A DNA stretch of 64,000 nt from Eledone cirrhosa (GCA_964016885.1 OZ024742.1:1302001-1366000); one strand, 5' to 3'. Positions 28,919 to 43,110 are shown, counted from the first letter of the stretch. Numbers and translations are program-made. The notes: generated by a model from the sequence alone, not told the origin.

Positions 28919-29899
28919 GCTATTTTTCTTATGAGGAACTTAAGTATATCAAAGACCATCATTCAGCATGGCAGCTGTATATTTTCAACAACACAGAATT
29001 ATCACTAAAGAAAATGGGTCAGATATAATCAGCCATAACATGGACAGCCTGTTCACTACCTCAACATCAAATGAAGAACCCTTCATTTTATATTTCTATT
29101 TTGTGTTCCAACCAACAGGCTGAGGCCATGCCGCGGCACCACCGTTGTATATATTTAAATAAAAACTTTCCATCATAATTTTATGTAAGAACCTCTTGTT
29201 AAGTTATGTTCCAAACATAAATTGGATAATAGTAAAGTTAGTTATTTTACTAAATCAACCTTTGTTAAGTTATGTTCCAAACAGAAATTGGCAAAGTTAG
29301 TTATTTTACTAAATCAATAAATTTTGGGGTATTTTATTAGAAATGTGGTAACAGTTAAATAGAAAGTTACTTCATTAAACCACAAATATTTCTTTACTTT
29401 GATACTTAAAATATACTCTTGTTAAAGATATAGTCAGAACAGTGTTCAGTACAACGCCAATGACCATAATGTACCCCTAAATACAGTGTCAGTGTCTGAA
29501 AAGCAATCATAAGGCAGGAGTTGTTTGCTTGTTGATGCCATAGGAATGTGGCCAGATTTGTGTCAATGGAACCAAGATTCAGGTAGGTTGACATATAACA
29601 GGTATTTATTTTAATTTTAAAATCAAGCAGCATGTGGTTCATGTTGGGATGGAGCACATGTAGCTTAAACAAATAACAAACCCAAATGGATAGGAAGTTC
29701 ATGAATAAAGGTCTACAGAGGCCACTGCATGTGTGTGTGTGGGGGGGGGGGGGGTTTACTGATAGAGCTATGGTAGCAAAAGGCTGATAAATACATCATT
29801 GGAGCTGGTGGAAGTAGATTTCAGGATGTGCTGGAAAGAACCTGCCTAACCCATACATACATGGGAAAAGCAGATGTAAAAATAAGGACGGACCCACAC

Positions 29900-30026
<127 letters not shown>

Positions 30027-30851
30027 ACATATATACATATACATATATATAATCCATGCTACCGTGGAAAATGGACTAGACATTAAACGATGATAATTAT
30101 ATATATATGCGTGTGTGTGTGTGTGTGTGTGTGCATCTCTCCCTCACCAATATTTAATCCTCTTCATCATAACATGGTTAAGGATTGGTTCAGTAATATA
30201 TTCATAGTATACGTATATATGTGTGTGTATATGTATATATGTGTGTGTATATGTGTATATATGTGTGTGCATATGTATATATGTGTGTGTATATATATAT
30301 ATGTGTGTGTATATATGTATATATGTGTGTCTATGTAGGAAGGAGGTTAGGTCAAAATAATGGCAAGCTTTTAAACAAAACCAACCTACAAGCACTCGTA
30401 TATAAATATATATATCATCACCGTTTAACGTCCATTTGCCACGCACACTGGTGTGTGTAAGAGAGAGAGAGAGAGGGCTTGTGTGTAAGAGAGAAAGAGA
30501 GAGAGAGAGAGCTTGTATGTGAGTGAGAGAGAGAGAGCTTGTGTGTAAGAGAGAGAGAGAGAGCTTGTGTGTATGTGTGTGCTGGTCTCAAATTGGTGAG
30601 ACCACAGAGATGACAAAGGAACACAGCAAATGGAGAGATGTTGTGCTGAAAAGGACACATCCAGCCCATGCAAGTGTGGAAAAGTGAATGTAAAAACAAT
30701 GATGATATATACATATACATACACAGATAGATACAGATACATACACATATACATACACATATACAGATACATACACAGATACATACACAGATACATACAC
30801 AGATACATACACATATACACACACATATACAGATATATATATACATATACA

Positions 30852-31869
30852 CAGTGGCATCAAAATTGCAGAATCGTTTTTGGCTGCATGAAGACCAGCC
30901 AGATTAAGTGAATGGTTATCGCAATTAACGAAGTGAATCAAATTATTCTTCTCTCTCATTCTCTGCTGAACCTCACTGTGATGCCCAGCCATTATGGCAG
31001 CATTGTCGTAGCACTGCAATCGACAGTTCTGCAGTGGTAGGTCATCTTTTTCTAGCTCTTTCACGATTGTTTCAACAAGGCTTGCGGCATCTTTTTTGAT
31101 TACTTGAATGAATCCAAGAAAAGATTCCCTCACATTGACCGTCTTCATTTTGAAATCAACATCGACATATCGCACAACGTTTGACAGTTGTTCTCGGTGC
31201 GCCTGGTAAGGGGTCGAATCAATCAGCAGACCATAGTCTCTTGCTTTTTGGATACGATTTAGTAAATTCTGACGAACTGTATTATAGAAGAAAACATTGA
31301 ACCATCTAAACTGGAGTCAAGTTGAATTCCTAATAGAGGCTATCCGATCCTATCTGGCCATTTGGATTATGATACCTTTTCTATACGTCTTATACCAGTT
31401 GTAAAAGACAAACTACTCTGTTTTGTAAACCAGCTTCATAATTATAATTATCTTGTATTTGTCATTGCAATGCATTGCTAAAAATAGCGCCTGCGTGTCC
31501 ACCAGTTGCACGTCCAAAACTACATCCCTTCAGTCAGTGTGTGTGTGTGGGGGGGGGGGTGAAGTGAGGTATCCGCTGTTTTGCAATGTATAGCTAAAAA
31601 TAGCGCCCGCATAATTGCAACCCATCCTGCTGTCAGTGTGGAAGGGGGGGTGGCGTTTTTGTGAAGTCAAATCAGACATCTGCTCTGTCTAGTGCACTAG
31701 ACATGGCGTGGAAGTCGGTTATCAAGAAATCACATGCTTCATTTTTGGCTTATATCTTTAAAAATGATAAAAACGACATGGATGTAAATCGATCTAGGTC
31801 AAAATTGCGCCCCCTAAATATGGCGCCCGTGGCATGTGCCCTGCTTGCCACACCCTAGCTACGCCACTG
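30852..31869 (-). mobile_element. Internally deleted hAT transposon carrying a ZMYM1/DUF4371-like transposase fragment
   Basis: Ends CAGTGGC...GCCACTG with identical 8-bp flanks CATATACA. Minus strand 31280-30860 encodes LLIDSTPYQAHREQLSNVVRYV...ESFLGFI...QCYDNAAIMAG...VNCDNHSLNL, typical of the hAT catalytic region. Confidence 0.85.
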
Positions 31870-31964
31870 CATATACATACACAGATACATACACAGATAC
31901 ATACACATAGACATACACAGACATACACATAGACATATACATAGATAGACATACACATATACAT

Positions 31965-32520
31965 AGGCCACTGTTGTCAGTCACGCCACTATGGTACAAG
32001 TGGTAGGAGATGTCCTCGCCAGGAACTTTGAACGGAAGATGACCAACATCGAGAAGTCGAATTTCTGAAAGGGAAGCGACACTAACGCAGTACCTGTGCA
32101 GAGCCTTCATTGTATGTGCCTGGACACCGTCATCACAAAGTGTTCGGACATTCCAGCACGCCACCCTCAATTCCTTCCTTCGTCCGAAGAGTCGGAATTT
32201 GAGATGGTTTGGTCACGCAGCCCGGCGCCCTGAGGGTGAGCTGATCTGCGATGTTCTCCTCCCACCTCCACTCCCTAACTGGCGCAAGCGCATTGGCGGG
32301 CAGCTGAAGACCTGGGCAACGACTATCAAGGAGGACCTCTCCGAACTCTCAGGTTCGCAGGTGGTCAGCCTGCGCCGATGGAACCGTGACTGGCTCGCTA
32401 TCTCCAGTGACCTAGCCCAGGACCGTCGTGGGTGGGCTGCCATGGTTCGGGATGCCGACAGAACAAGGGAAGAAGCCGGCTCAACCCGTCCAGGGTGAAT
32501 GTCGACACAAGTACGAGTAA
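31965..32520 (+). mobile_element. Second RTE-type LINE insertion: 3' end (+) preceded by an inverted endonuclease N-terminal segment (-)
   Basis: + strand LRWFGHAARR...WRKRIGGQLKTW...LAQDRRGW with caagta-like tail; - strand RVACWNVRTL...SLSEIR...YHSG (APE endonuclease start). Confidence 0.8.
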
Positions 32521-32616
32521 GTACACAGATACATACATAACAAATCCCTTCAATCTGGTACCCCAGTATGGCAGTATTCTAATGATTGAAGCCAGTAAAA
32601 CAATATATATATATAT

Positions 32617-32955
32617 CACCGTTTTACGTCCACTTTTCCATGCCAGCATGGGTTAGAAGAGTTATCCAGTAGTGGGGAATGCTAGGTCAGGTGACCATGT
32701 CTTACAGAACTGATTTTGGCTAGGTTTCTACATCTGGATGCTCTTTCTAACACCAACCTCATTTACAGTGAGTACTGGGTGTTTTTTGTCATGAGACCTA
32801 CACAACCACTTAACAATGTGGACTGGGTGTTTTTTGTCATGAGACCCACACAACCACATAACAATGTGGACTGAGTGTTTTTTGTCGTGACACCAACATT
32901 ACCACTTAATGTGGACTGGGTGTTTTTTGTCGTGACACCAACATGACCACTTTAA
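32617..32955 (-). mobile_element. RTE-type 3' tail with four ~45-bp modules
   Basis: ttttacgtccacttttccatgccagcatggg end; ctggatgctctttctaacaccaacctcatttacagtg; gactgggtgttttttgtc repeated four times. Confidence 0.75.
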
Positions 32956-33059
32956 AATATATATATTTGGTAAATATGTGTTAGTTAATCACTGACACTA
33001 TTGTATGCAGTATAGAACACTCAACGAAGTACACAAATAGGTCTGATTACTCCAGAGTA

Positions 33060-33252
33060 AAATTGTTTCTACTTTTGGCACAAGACCAGCAAATATCCCA
33101 GTGTATTACTGGTACTTTATTTTATCGCCCCCATAAGGATGAAAGGCAAAGTTAACCTCGACGGGATTTGAACTCAGACCATAAATGGCCGTAACTCTTT
33201 GCTGCAAAGCATGGCATCAGACCCTCTACCGATACTGCCAATTCACCACCCT
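33060..33252 (-). mobile_element. SINE family B
   Basis: Minus strand gagttcaaatcccg B-box plus ctttgcctttcatcctt...gataaaataaagtaccagt; matches the copies at 42945, 48199, 48442 and 48683. Confidence 0.85.
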
Positions 33253-33870
33253 CCATAGTAAAATAATGAAGTACAATCCTATATATATATATGTTTCTAA
33301 TTTCAAACTTAAACTTGTGGTTTCAACAAACCATTTAAAGTAGTTGAAACCAATGGAAGATCTGTAATGAAGTCATGGGATAAAGTTGTTAGGAATGACC
33401 TAAAAAGACTGTACCTCATTATAGAAATGATAACCAAGCAGATTGGCAATATGTCATAAAATACCCATCTACTGGTAAAAGCACTGCGACACTGGGGAGA
33501 GACCAGGGGCTACAGTGTTTGGTGATTATACAGAAACAATGTAGGACCTAAGAGGACTCTTCAGTCAGGATGATCATATGATAAGCTCTCTAGTGCTGGA
33601 GACATGATAAAACCTATCCAGGTCACTCTGACCTGTCTGGTCTTCAGACAACTCATCCAACCCAGGCCAGCATGGAAAGCAGACATAAAATGATGATGAT
33701 GTGTGTTTGTGAAAGAAAGAGAGCAGAGAACATGCTAGAAAATAAATATTCACTATATGATGTGTGTATATATGTAAATATATATACACTGTATATGAAT
33801 GTGTGAATATGTGTGTATATATATATATATATACACACTGTATATGAATGTGTGAATATGTATGTGTGTG

Positions 33871-33911
<41 letters not shown>

Positions 33912-33923
33912 TGTATATGAATG

Positions 33924-33970
<47 letters not shown>

Positions 33971-33990
33971 TGTATATGAATATGTGAATA

Positions 33991-34024
<34 letters not shown>

Positions 34025-34065
34025 CACTATATGAATGTGTGAATATGTATGTGTGTGTGTGTATG

Positions 34066-34114
<49 letters not shown>

Positions 34115-34135
34115 TGTATATGAATGTGTGAATAT

Positions 34136-34214
<79 letters not shown>

Positions 34215-34243
34215 CACACTGTATATGAATGTGTGAATATATG

Positions 34244-34285
<42 letters not shown>

Positions 34286-35247
34286 ATATATGAATGCGTG
34301 TGTATGAGCAAAGAAGGACAGTTGTATATTTGCCTAAGGAAACCTGCCTTTCACAAAAGACAAACAAACATTTAAGTGAACTTAAACAATAATCTTTACT
34401 TTTAAATATCAAACAGCTATTTTCTAGGCAAATGAGAAGCCCTATATAAACGTTGAGATTCTCTTTAACCAATATACAAACATGACCTCGTTGCTTTCAA
34501 TCCAGTTAGAGGATGACACTATCTCGTCATTTCACCAAACATACAGCCTAAACCTCAGTAAAATCCCATCCTGCCAGCTGAAAAGATGCATGGCCAAGTG
34601 GTTAGGGCATTGGACTCACGAACCTAACACCAAGGGTTCAGTTACTGGATATTGAGCAAGATGCTCCATTTCATGTTGCTTTTCGTGATAAGACTGGAGC
34701 ACCTGCAATTAAAAGACCTGAGAAGCTGTCAGTTGAAGGCTAACTTAACTTACGAAGGTGTGAGATGTAAATTTCATTTTACCATCATAGATGAGGAAAG
34801 GACACCACATATGGTTATATAGTCCAAGAAAGCCACGAAAAGACCAGATTTTGTAGTTATTACAGCACACATCTGTGTAGGTTTAACTGATTTCCTATGT
34901 GGCTGCATCTCAGACTTCTTGTTTTAATGAGAGAGGGGGGCTCCATTTTCCAGTCACAGAAAGCAGGATTTCAGCACAATGAAATCCAGAACAAATATCA
35001 CAAAGCATTTAAGCCATCACACTTGCTCAAGGTGCCAGAGAGAGTAGGGAGGAGAAGCTAATGGTGTGTACAGCTGTATGGTAGCTCTGTATTGTGGAGA
35101 GACTTGCTCAAGGTGCCAAAACAGAGCAAAACTCTGCCTCCACCTCTACAGCATGATTGGTTCCAGATGAAAAACATTGCAGGTCCTAATGGAGGAAACC
35201 AAAACTGAGAACAAAGTACACTGAAGAGAAGAAGGTGGATGTAACTA

Positions 35248-35259
35248 AACAACAACACC

Positions 35260-35350
<91 letters not shown>

Positions 35351-35582
35351 GCAACAACAACAACAGTAGCAACAACAGCAACAGCAACAGTAGCAACAAC
35401 AACAACAGTAGCAACAACAACAACAACAGTAACAACAACATCAGCAACAACAACAACAGAAACAATAACAGCATCAACAACAACAGCAACAACAACAGTA
35501 ACAGTAACAGCAACAGCAACAACAGCAACAGCAACAACAACAGTAACAGTAACAGCAACAGCAACAACAACAACAACAGTAA
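35248..35582. repeat. (CAA)n microsatellite with CAG/GTA variants
   Basis: Pure CAA run followed by a degenerate CAA/CAG/GTA mixture. Confidence 0.98.
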
Positions 35583-35732
35583 ACAAAGAACAAACAATAG
35601 AATTTGAGAATAGTGAGTAAAGGGAAGGAAAATAGTAATTTTTCTACGTTTCCACAAGGGAAATATATTGAAATACATCAAGATTCACTGGATATGTGTG
35701 TGTGTGTATATATGTGTGTGTGTATATATATA

Positions 35733-35763
<31 letters not shown>

Positions 35764-36032
35764 GTGTGAGTGTATGTGTGAGTGTATATATATGTGTGTG
35801 TATGTGTATGTGTGTGTGTGAGTGTATGTGTGTGTGTGAGTGTATGTGTGTGTGTGAGTGTATATGTATGTGTGTGTGTGAGTGTATATGTGTGTGTGTG
35901 TGTGTGTGAGTGTATATGTGTGTGTGAGTGTATATGTGTGTGAGTGTATATATATGTGTACGTGAGTGTATATATGTGTGTGAGTGAGTGTGTGTTATAA
36001 AAAGGGTCAAAGAATATTATTCAAGAGTGTTG

Positions 36033-36088
<56 letters not shown>

Positions 36089-36212
36089 CACACACACACA
36101 CATATGTGTATGTGTACATGTGTGTGTATATATATATATATAATATATATACCCATGCTAGCATGGAAAAATAGCCGTTAAACAGTGACGATGATGATTG
36201 TGTGTGTATATA

Positions 36213-37737
36213 TCATCATCATCAACGTTTAACGTCCGTGTTCCACGCTTGCATGGGTTTGGACGGGGGTAGTCCCACTTGAGGCAAGAGTGATTATCTT
36301 GCTCGCATAGGACTATCTGGCGGGTTTTCTACAGCTGGATGCCCTTCCTAACACCAACCACATTTACAGTGTGGGTCTGGGAGGTTTTTACCGTGTTGCC
36401 TACACGGCCACATTACAGCGTGGACTGTCTGGCAGGTTTTCTACAGCTGGATGCCCTTCCTAACACCAACCACATTTACAGTGTGGGACTGGGAGGTTTT
36501 TACCGTGTTGCCTACACGGCCACATTACAGCGTGGACTGTGTCTACACGATCTCATTTGTTTCGGCCTGGATGTTGTGGCACCAACATAACTTTACATTG
36601 AAAGGGGCGGTGTGGATGGGGGGGGGGGGGGGGGTATTTTGTTAGAGATGCCTACTGACTAGTAGGTTTTACTTTGTATTTAGGTAAGGCGGGTCTTCTC
36701 TATTACTGAGTACCGCCAAAGGTCTCGGTCCAGTGACATTGTCTTGGTGAGGTGTAAGTGTGTGAGGTCGGAATTTATCAGCTCGTCCCAGGTTTTTCTG
36801 GGTCTGCCTATTCTGTGGCTACCGTCTATCTTTATTGCCCTGCACTTTGTTATACAGCTATCGTCCTTCATGCGCATCACGTGACCATACCAACGTAGCC
36901 TTCTCTTGAGTAAACAACATCTGATCCCTCTTATTTCTAATTTTTTCCTTAGTTCGTTTATGCTTTGCCGTTCACGTATATTACTATTACACATCCAGCG
37001 GAGCATGCAAGCTTCGTTTCTCTCTAGTCTGCGTATATCCTCTGCACACAATGCCCAGGTCTCACTGCCATGCAACATTGCTGTTCGTATGCAAGCATCA
37101 TACAACCTGCCTTTCATTTTTAGGGAGAACCCTTTAGCGGCTAATAGTGGTATAAGCTCTCTGAACTTTTTCCATCCAGTTCTGACTCTAGCTACTGTAC
37201 TTTCAGAGCACCCTCCCCCACTGTTGATTTTGTCACCCAGGTAACGGAAGCTGTCCACTATTTCTATAGAACCCTCTGCGCAGTTGAAAGATCTAGTATT
37301 TAGTGGGCACTTGCTGTTACTTATTGCACCAGAGCACCGGCCACATATAAAATCTATGTTCTTAGTTAGCTTACCTGTGATCCCACTACATCTTTTATGC
37401 ACCCATACTTTGCATTTGGGACACAAAATGGAGTTTCTACCTACGCCTTTCCTACGCACTGAGCATGGCCACTTCCCGGAAGGGACCGCCGCCTTATTTA
37501 CTTTCTTACAAACTAGAACTTTAGTCTTAGCCAGGTTAATTTTAAGGCCTTTTGATTCTAGGCCGTGCTTCCATGTTTGGAATTTCTTCTCTAGCTTGGC
37601 CATTGATTCAGCTACGAGTGTTAGGTCATCTGCGTATAGGAGTTCCCATGGGCAACCGGTCTTGAACTCCTCTGTTATAGCCTGAAGGGCAATAATAAAT
37701 AGTAGGGGGCTGAGAACAGAGCCCTGATGGACGCCAA

Positions 37738-37740
<3 letters not shown>
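36213..37740 (-). mobile_element. RTE-clade LINE, 5'-truncated (copy 2), near-identical to copy 1
   Basis: Open frame from [14 protein letters not shown] through the stop at 36680; same 3' UTR and (GAT)n tail; truncated into (TA)n at ~37740. Confidence 0.95.
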
Positions 37741-37807
<67 letters not shown>

Positions 37808-37824
37808 CACACATACACATACAC

Positions 37825-37855
<31 letters not shown>

Positions 37856-37893
37856 CACATATATATACACACATACACATATATATATATACA

Positions 37894-38350
37894 CATGGTG
37901 GCTGCCAACTCGTTTTCGAGTACGGCCAATACTTTATATCCATGTAGGAGAACCCCTACCAATGCGCTGAATGAGTGTGATTTTTTAGTCCAGCCAGCGA
38001 CTTGTACACTCTGGTACAAACACTACACTTGTGACAATTATTGACACATAGTGCTGGGCTCATGGTACCATGTGACGACAAGTGCAGAGAGATCTCCAGA
38101 TATAAAGCAATGCCTGTGCCGTGAAGCTTTTATAGTGAGCAAAGGCACTGCACAAAGCCAGTCCCACTCTCTTAACCAAGATGATATTTACCAAAAAGAA
38201 GAACAAGTCAACATCATTGGATACCATCAGGGTTGCAGGTGTTATATCAGAATTTTCCTTCTCCTAGAATTTTGCCTTGACAAAGGCTAAGGGGTCATCT
38301 CTCCCGGTGATTTTGGATGGCCATTGACTCTTAAGAGCTCCTTTGCCCTT
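37894..38350 (-). mobile_element. Short bipartite RTE-derived element (5'-UTR-like motif plus C-terminal zinc finger and 3' end)
   Basis: Minus strand ccttagcctttgtcaaggcaaaattctaggagaaggaaaattc (RTE 5'-UTR-like); [23 protein letters not shown]-stop; terminal hairpin ACTCG-AAAA-CGAGT. Confidence 0.6.
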
Positions 38351-38351
38351 T

Positions 38352-38779
38352 GTATATATACACATACACATATATATTTGTATATATACACATACACATA
38401 TATATTTGTATATATACACATACACATATATATTTGTATATATACACATACACATATATATATACACACATACACATATATATATATACACACATACACA
38501 TATATATATATACACACATACACATATATATATATACACACATACACATATATATATATACACACATACACACATATATATATACACATACACATATATA
38601 TATACACATACACATACATATATACACATACATATATACACATACATATATACACATACACACATACATATATACACATACACATACATATATACACATA
38701 CATATATACACATACATATATACACATACATATATACACATACACATATATATATATATACACACATACACACATATAT

Positions 38780-38810
<31 letters not shown>

Positions 38811-39210
38811 TATATATACACACACACATATATACACACACACATATATACACACACACATATATACACACACACATATATACACACACACATATATACA
38901 CACACACATATATACACACACACATATATACACACACACATATATACACACACACATATATACACACACACATATATACACACACATATATACACACACA
39001 CATATATACACACACACACATATATACACACACACACACATATATACACACACATATATACACACACACACATATATACACACACACACATATATACACA
39101 CACACATATATACACACACATATATATATACACACACATATATATATACACACATACACATATATATATACACATACACATATATATATACACATACACA
39201 TACACATATA

Positions 39211-39255
<45 letters not shown>

Positions 39256-39270
39256 ATATATATATATATA
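38352..39270. repeat. Compound (TA)n/(CA)n microsatellite
   Basis: Alternating purine-pyrimidine runs. Similar tracts occur at 6420-6660, 29900-30050, 33760-34300, 35690-36150 and 59470-60990. Confidence 0.98.
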
Positions 39271-39400
39271 ACTTTAAAAGCTTGTAGTTAATGTAAACCA
39301 TACAGCCATTCATCTCTCATTTGTGTTTTTATTTCTGAATTGTCTGGTTCATATATCTCATTCTATAAATACTATACACACACATGTATGTATGTGTGTG

Positions 39401-39457
<57 letters not shown>

Positions 39458-40689
39458 CATTAATATATACATTCATTTCAATACCCAGAAGGAAACTATC
39501 AGATTAAAGCATATTTAAACAATAAAATAATTACATTCTTTATACATATGTGTATATATTTGTACATACATGCACACACACATATATATAAAGACACACA
39601 CTTCTCTCACCCACCCCACTGCTCAGGCTGTGTCCCCACCCAGTATCTGTTGGGTAAGAAACCAAAGAGATTGATGGTAGGAAGGACATCTTGCTGTAGA
39701 AACCAAGTCAAAACTGGAACATACAACCAAAATATGGTCTGTGACCTGCCTAGAGAGGTAGTACCATCAAATAAGATCTCATTCAGACTATAATGACCCA
39801 TCTAACCCAACCATCTGATCAGACCAAGGAAACAATGTTTCCATTGGTCTTTCCATTACTGATACTATCTGTCACTCAACTCCTGGCAGAAGAAAGGAGT
39901 TGAGGGATTGTAATGTCCAGTTACTGTAGGGTCACCAGAGTGAACACTCCATGTATAGATTTCAGTAGGTATGTTGGTGTTGTACTAAGTAGCATAATAA
40001 TAATAATAAAAAGGCTGAGGTATTAAATCTGTATCAATTGGACCCAACTCTGGAATCAAAAGCTCATCGGACTTCTGTTACGGTAATGACAGAATGACTC
40101 CCTCACAGCTTTGAGAGAGTACAGGTCAGTTCTCATTAATGGTGGTCAGTTTTACTTTATCTGGATGTGGTTTTGTGAAAAGAAATGTTTGGGTATGTGG
40201 GATAGGGATAGAATGATGGTGGGGTACATCAATTGGTAGAGGTGGGGATGGAGTGATAGTTTCACCCCTAAGTGGACAGGTTGGTGCTTATGTGATGATG
40301 TGAAGGTGTTGGAGTAAGATTTAAATGAAGAATAGATGCCATAGTGGAAGAGAGGGAGGGTGACACTGGTCTGATAGGTAATACAAAGGAAAGTGTTGGG
40401 TCCATGGTGGGGGAGAGTAAGAATATTTGAGGGTGGATAGGATGAGATATATATATATATACATGAGTCAGGTGAAGGACAACACTATCACAACAGGAAG
40501 AATTAGATGACACAATTAGAAAGTAGGTGTGTATGTGTATGTATTACTGCGTGTGTGTTGTGTTTGCATGTGTGTGTGTATATATATGTGAAAGATGAAG
40601 CTATAACAGAAAACAGGACCAACATTTCTTAAACAGGAAGAATAGCAGTCAATAAATGGTTAAAGTCTGCTGTGAGATAGAGGGATAGT

Positions 40690-40940
40690 GGGAGTGATAG
40701 AGACACTTGTGAGAGAGGGAGGGAGTGAGAGAGAGAGAGACACTTGTGAGAGAGGGAGGGAGTGAGAGAGAGAGAGACACTTGTGAGAGAGGGAGGGAGT
40801 GAGAGAGAGAGAGACACTTGTGTGAGAGAGGGAGAGAGAGACACTTGTGTGAGAGAGGGAGCGAGTGATAGAGACACTTGTGAGAGAGAGACACTTGTGT
40901 GTGAGAGGGAGGGAGAGATAGCGACATTTGTGTGAGAGAG
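40690..40940. repeat. GA-rich minisatellite (gagacacttgtgagagagggagggagt)
   Basis: gacacttgtg anchor recurring about every 30-40 bp. Confidence 0.85.
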
Positions 40941-41427
40941 GGAGTGAAACAGGGATAGAGAGGGGGGGGTGAATTTAGGAGTGGAGGGAGAAAAATGTCC
41001 AAAATGTTTTGAAGAAATACAAGTAGAAAAGGTGCAGCAATGAGCCATATCTGGTAACTACTTCAAGGAGAGGAGGGTGGGGGGGGGGGGAGAAAGAGGG
41101 AGGGGGGGGGGGGAGAAAGAGGGAGGGGGGGGGAGAAGGAGGGAGAGAGTGAGAGTGTGTGAGAGATCTAGTGAGAGAGAGAAACAGAGAAAGCAAGAGA
41201 GAATGAGAGAGAGGGTAATGTGTGTGTGTGAGTATTAAGAGAGGGGGTGAGAGAGTATTGCATGCATATATATATATGTGTGTGTGTGTATATGAACAAG
41301 AGAGGGGGGGGGGGGGTAATGTGTGTAAGAACGAGAGAGAGAGAGAATCACCTCTTTCCTCTATAAAACAACTTATGTTGGGAAATGTCTGGAAAAATTT
41401 AAAAGGTGATTCTGTTTCATATTTTAT

Positions 41428-42388
41428 ACTAGACATGAAAAATGCGCAAGCTCAAAAGTGCCACAGAATGTTATAATAAAAACCTTCAAAAGTGTGGGAC
41501 TAGAGTTGTTGCTAAAAAATATTGTAATCATTATATATCGTACATTCTGTGGCATCCTTTATAAAAATAGCTTAAACCAACGAAGCCTTTATTTTTACGC
41601 TATTTCACTTAGTTAATTCTTAGAGTGTAACATATAAAAATATGATTTACAACTATAAAATAAATTAATTAATATAATAACAGAGCTGCGGAGCTGAAAT
41701 TTAGGAAATAATGGAATATCGGATCCTGAGTTGGAGCCAGTCAATTTTTGGCCGACTCCGCAGCCCTGTATAATACATTTCATATTAAAGTTATTAACAA
41801 ACCTATTTTACACTGCATGCAAATTACCATGAGATATTGATATTAGATATAAGATACAGCGCAATATCTACAGCTGTAAAAGTACGAAAGCGAAGTAATA
41901 ATAAGTGGCTTAAGGTAATTCCAATATGAAAGTTTGTAGTGATAAAAATTTGATAATGCAATACGATTGTTAATATTATAGTTCTATGAAAATGTAACAA
42001 TAGATAACTAAATTATTTTACTATTAGTATATTTAAGAAATTATCATTATAGATTTGATCGTTCATATAAGCATCATATTAATTTTCAACACAATTATTT
42101 TGTTACTATGAGTATATGATAATAATATTACGTAATTATTTATAGCTGTTATTACATTAAACATAGATGTATTTATTTTTATATGTTACACTCTAAGAAT
42201 TAACTAAGTGAAATAGCGTAAAAATAAAGGCTTCGTTGGTTTAAGCTATTTTTATAAAGGATGCCACAGAATGTACGATATATAATGATTACAATATTTT
42301 TTAGCAACAACTCTAGTCCCACACTTTTGAAGGTTTTTATTATAACATTCTGTGGCACTTTTGAGCTTGCGCATTTTTCATGTCTAGT
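41428..42388. mobile_element. Non-autonomous element with ~215-bp terminal inverted repeats (fold-back/MITE-like)
   Basis: 41428-41642 is the reverse complement of 42174-42388, with no mismatch seen by eye; ends ACTAGAC...GTCTAGT; no ORF inside. Confidence 0.85.
41681..41768. mobile_element. 88-bp hAT-type micro-MITE nested in the long-TIR element
   Basis: CAGAGCTGCGGAG...CTCCGCAGCCCTG termini; flanks TATAATAA / TATAATAC (7/8 TSD). Confidence 0.7.
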
Positions 42389-42944
42389 TTAATATTTTTT
42401 TAAGGCAACGCTTGTAATAACTCTAGTTAAACAGGATATATATTAATAATAAATTATCGTTGTAATGTAATTAGATTATGTAATTGTTATTATAAATTAT
42501 CTTATAAATATTAGTGTAAGATGTATAAAAATATTTTCAGACTTTTAATATAAACAACTACAAAAAACAATCAATATTAAATCAATATATTATACATAAT
42601 AGAAAACATAAAATAAACAATACAAAAACAAAATATTTACATACAATTGCAATTATCAGTGTATATACATTGTCTTTATATTCCCTGAGCAAATTAATAA
42701 GATTTGTTTTTATTGTACATAATTTGATGACTTGTTGGAGTGTATTAAAAGATAGCAACAATTTGTGATTAAATTGTTATCTTAAGCAACTCACTTTTTA
42801 ATAGTTGTTGGCTGAGCGAAATTGTAAAAGCCTATGAGCAAATATAAAAAAAAATACACAAACAACATTTCCTTGTGTTATTACAACATTAGATAAAATA
42901 ATTGAGCAATGTCGTTATATTTTGCTCTTATTGCACATTAATAG

Positions 42945-43110
42945 TGTTTCTATTTTTCGGCACAAATCCATTACGGCAGTCCATTACTGGTACTTTATTT
43001 TATCGAATTAGTAAGTATGAAAGTCGAAGTTAACCTCGGCAGGATTTGAACTTAGAATGCAACGGACCATAACAATACTGCAAAGCATGGTGTCTGACGC
43101 TCTACCAATA
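42945..43110 (-). mobile_element. SINE family B, diverged
   Basis: ttactggtactttattttatcg...gttaacctcggcaggatttgaact shared with 33060 and 48199. Confidence 0.75.

Noticed and set aside
29406-29702. Possible host exon
   Set aside because: No recognisable domain, stops in all + frames, and no convincing splice-site pair.
33653-39313. YI/HT/CV-rich, poly-Leu and poly-Val ORFs (also 6384-6685, 45372-45612, 59387-61070)
   Set aside because: Translations of (TA)n, (CA)n, (GA)n and (CAA)n microsatellites.
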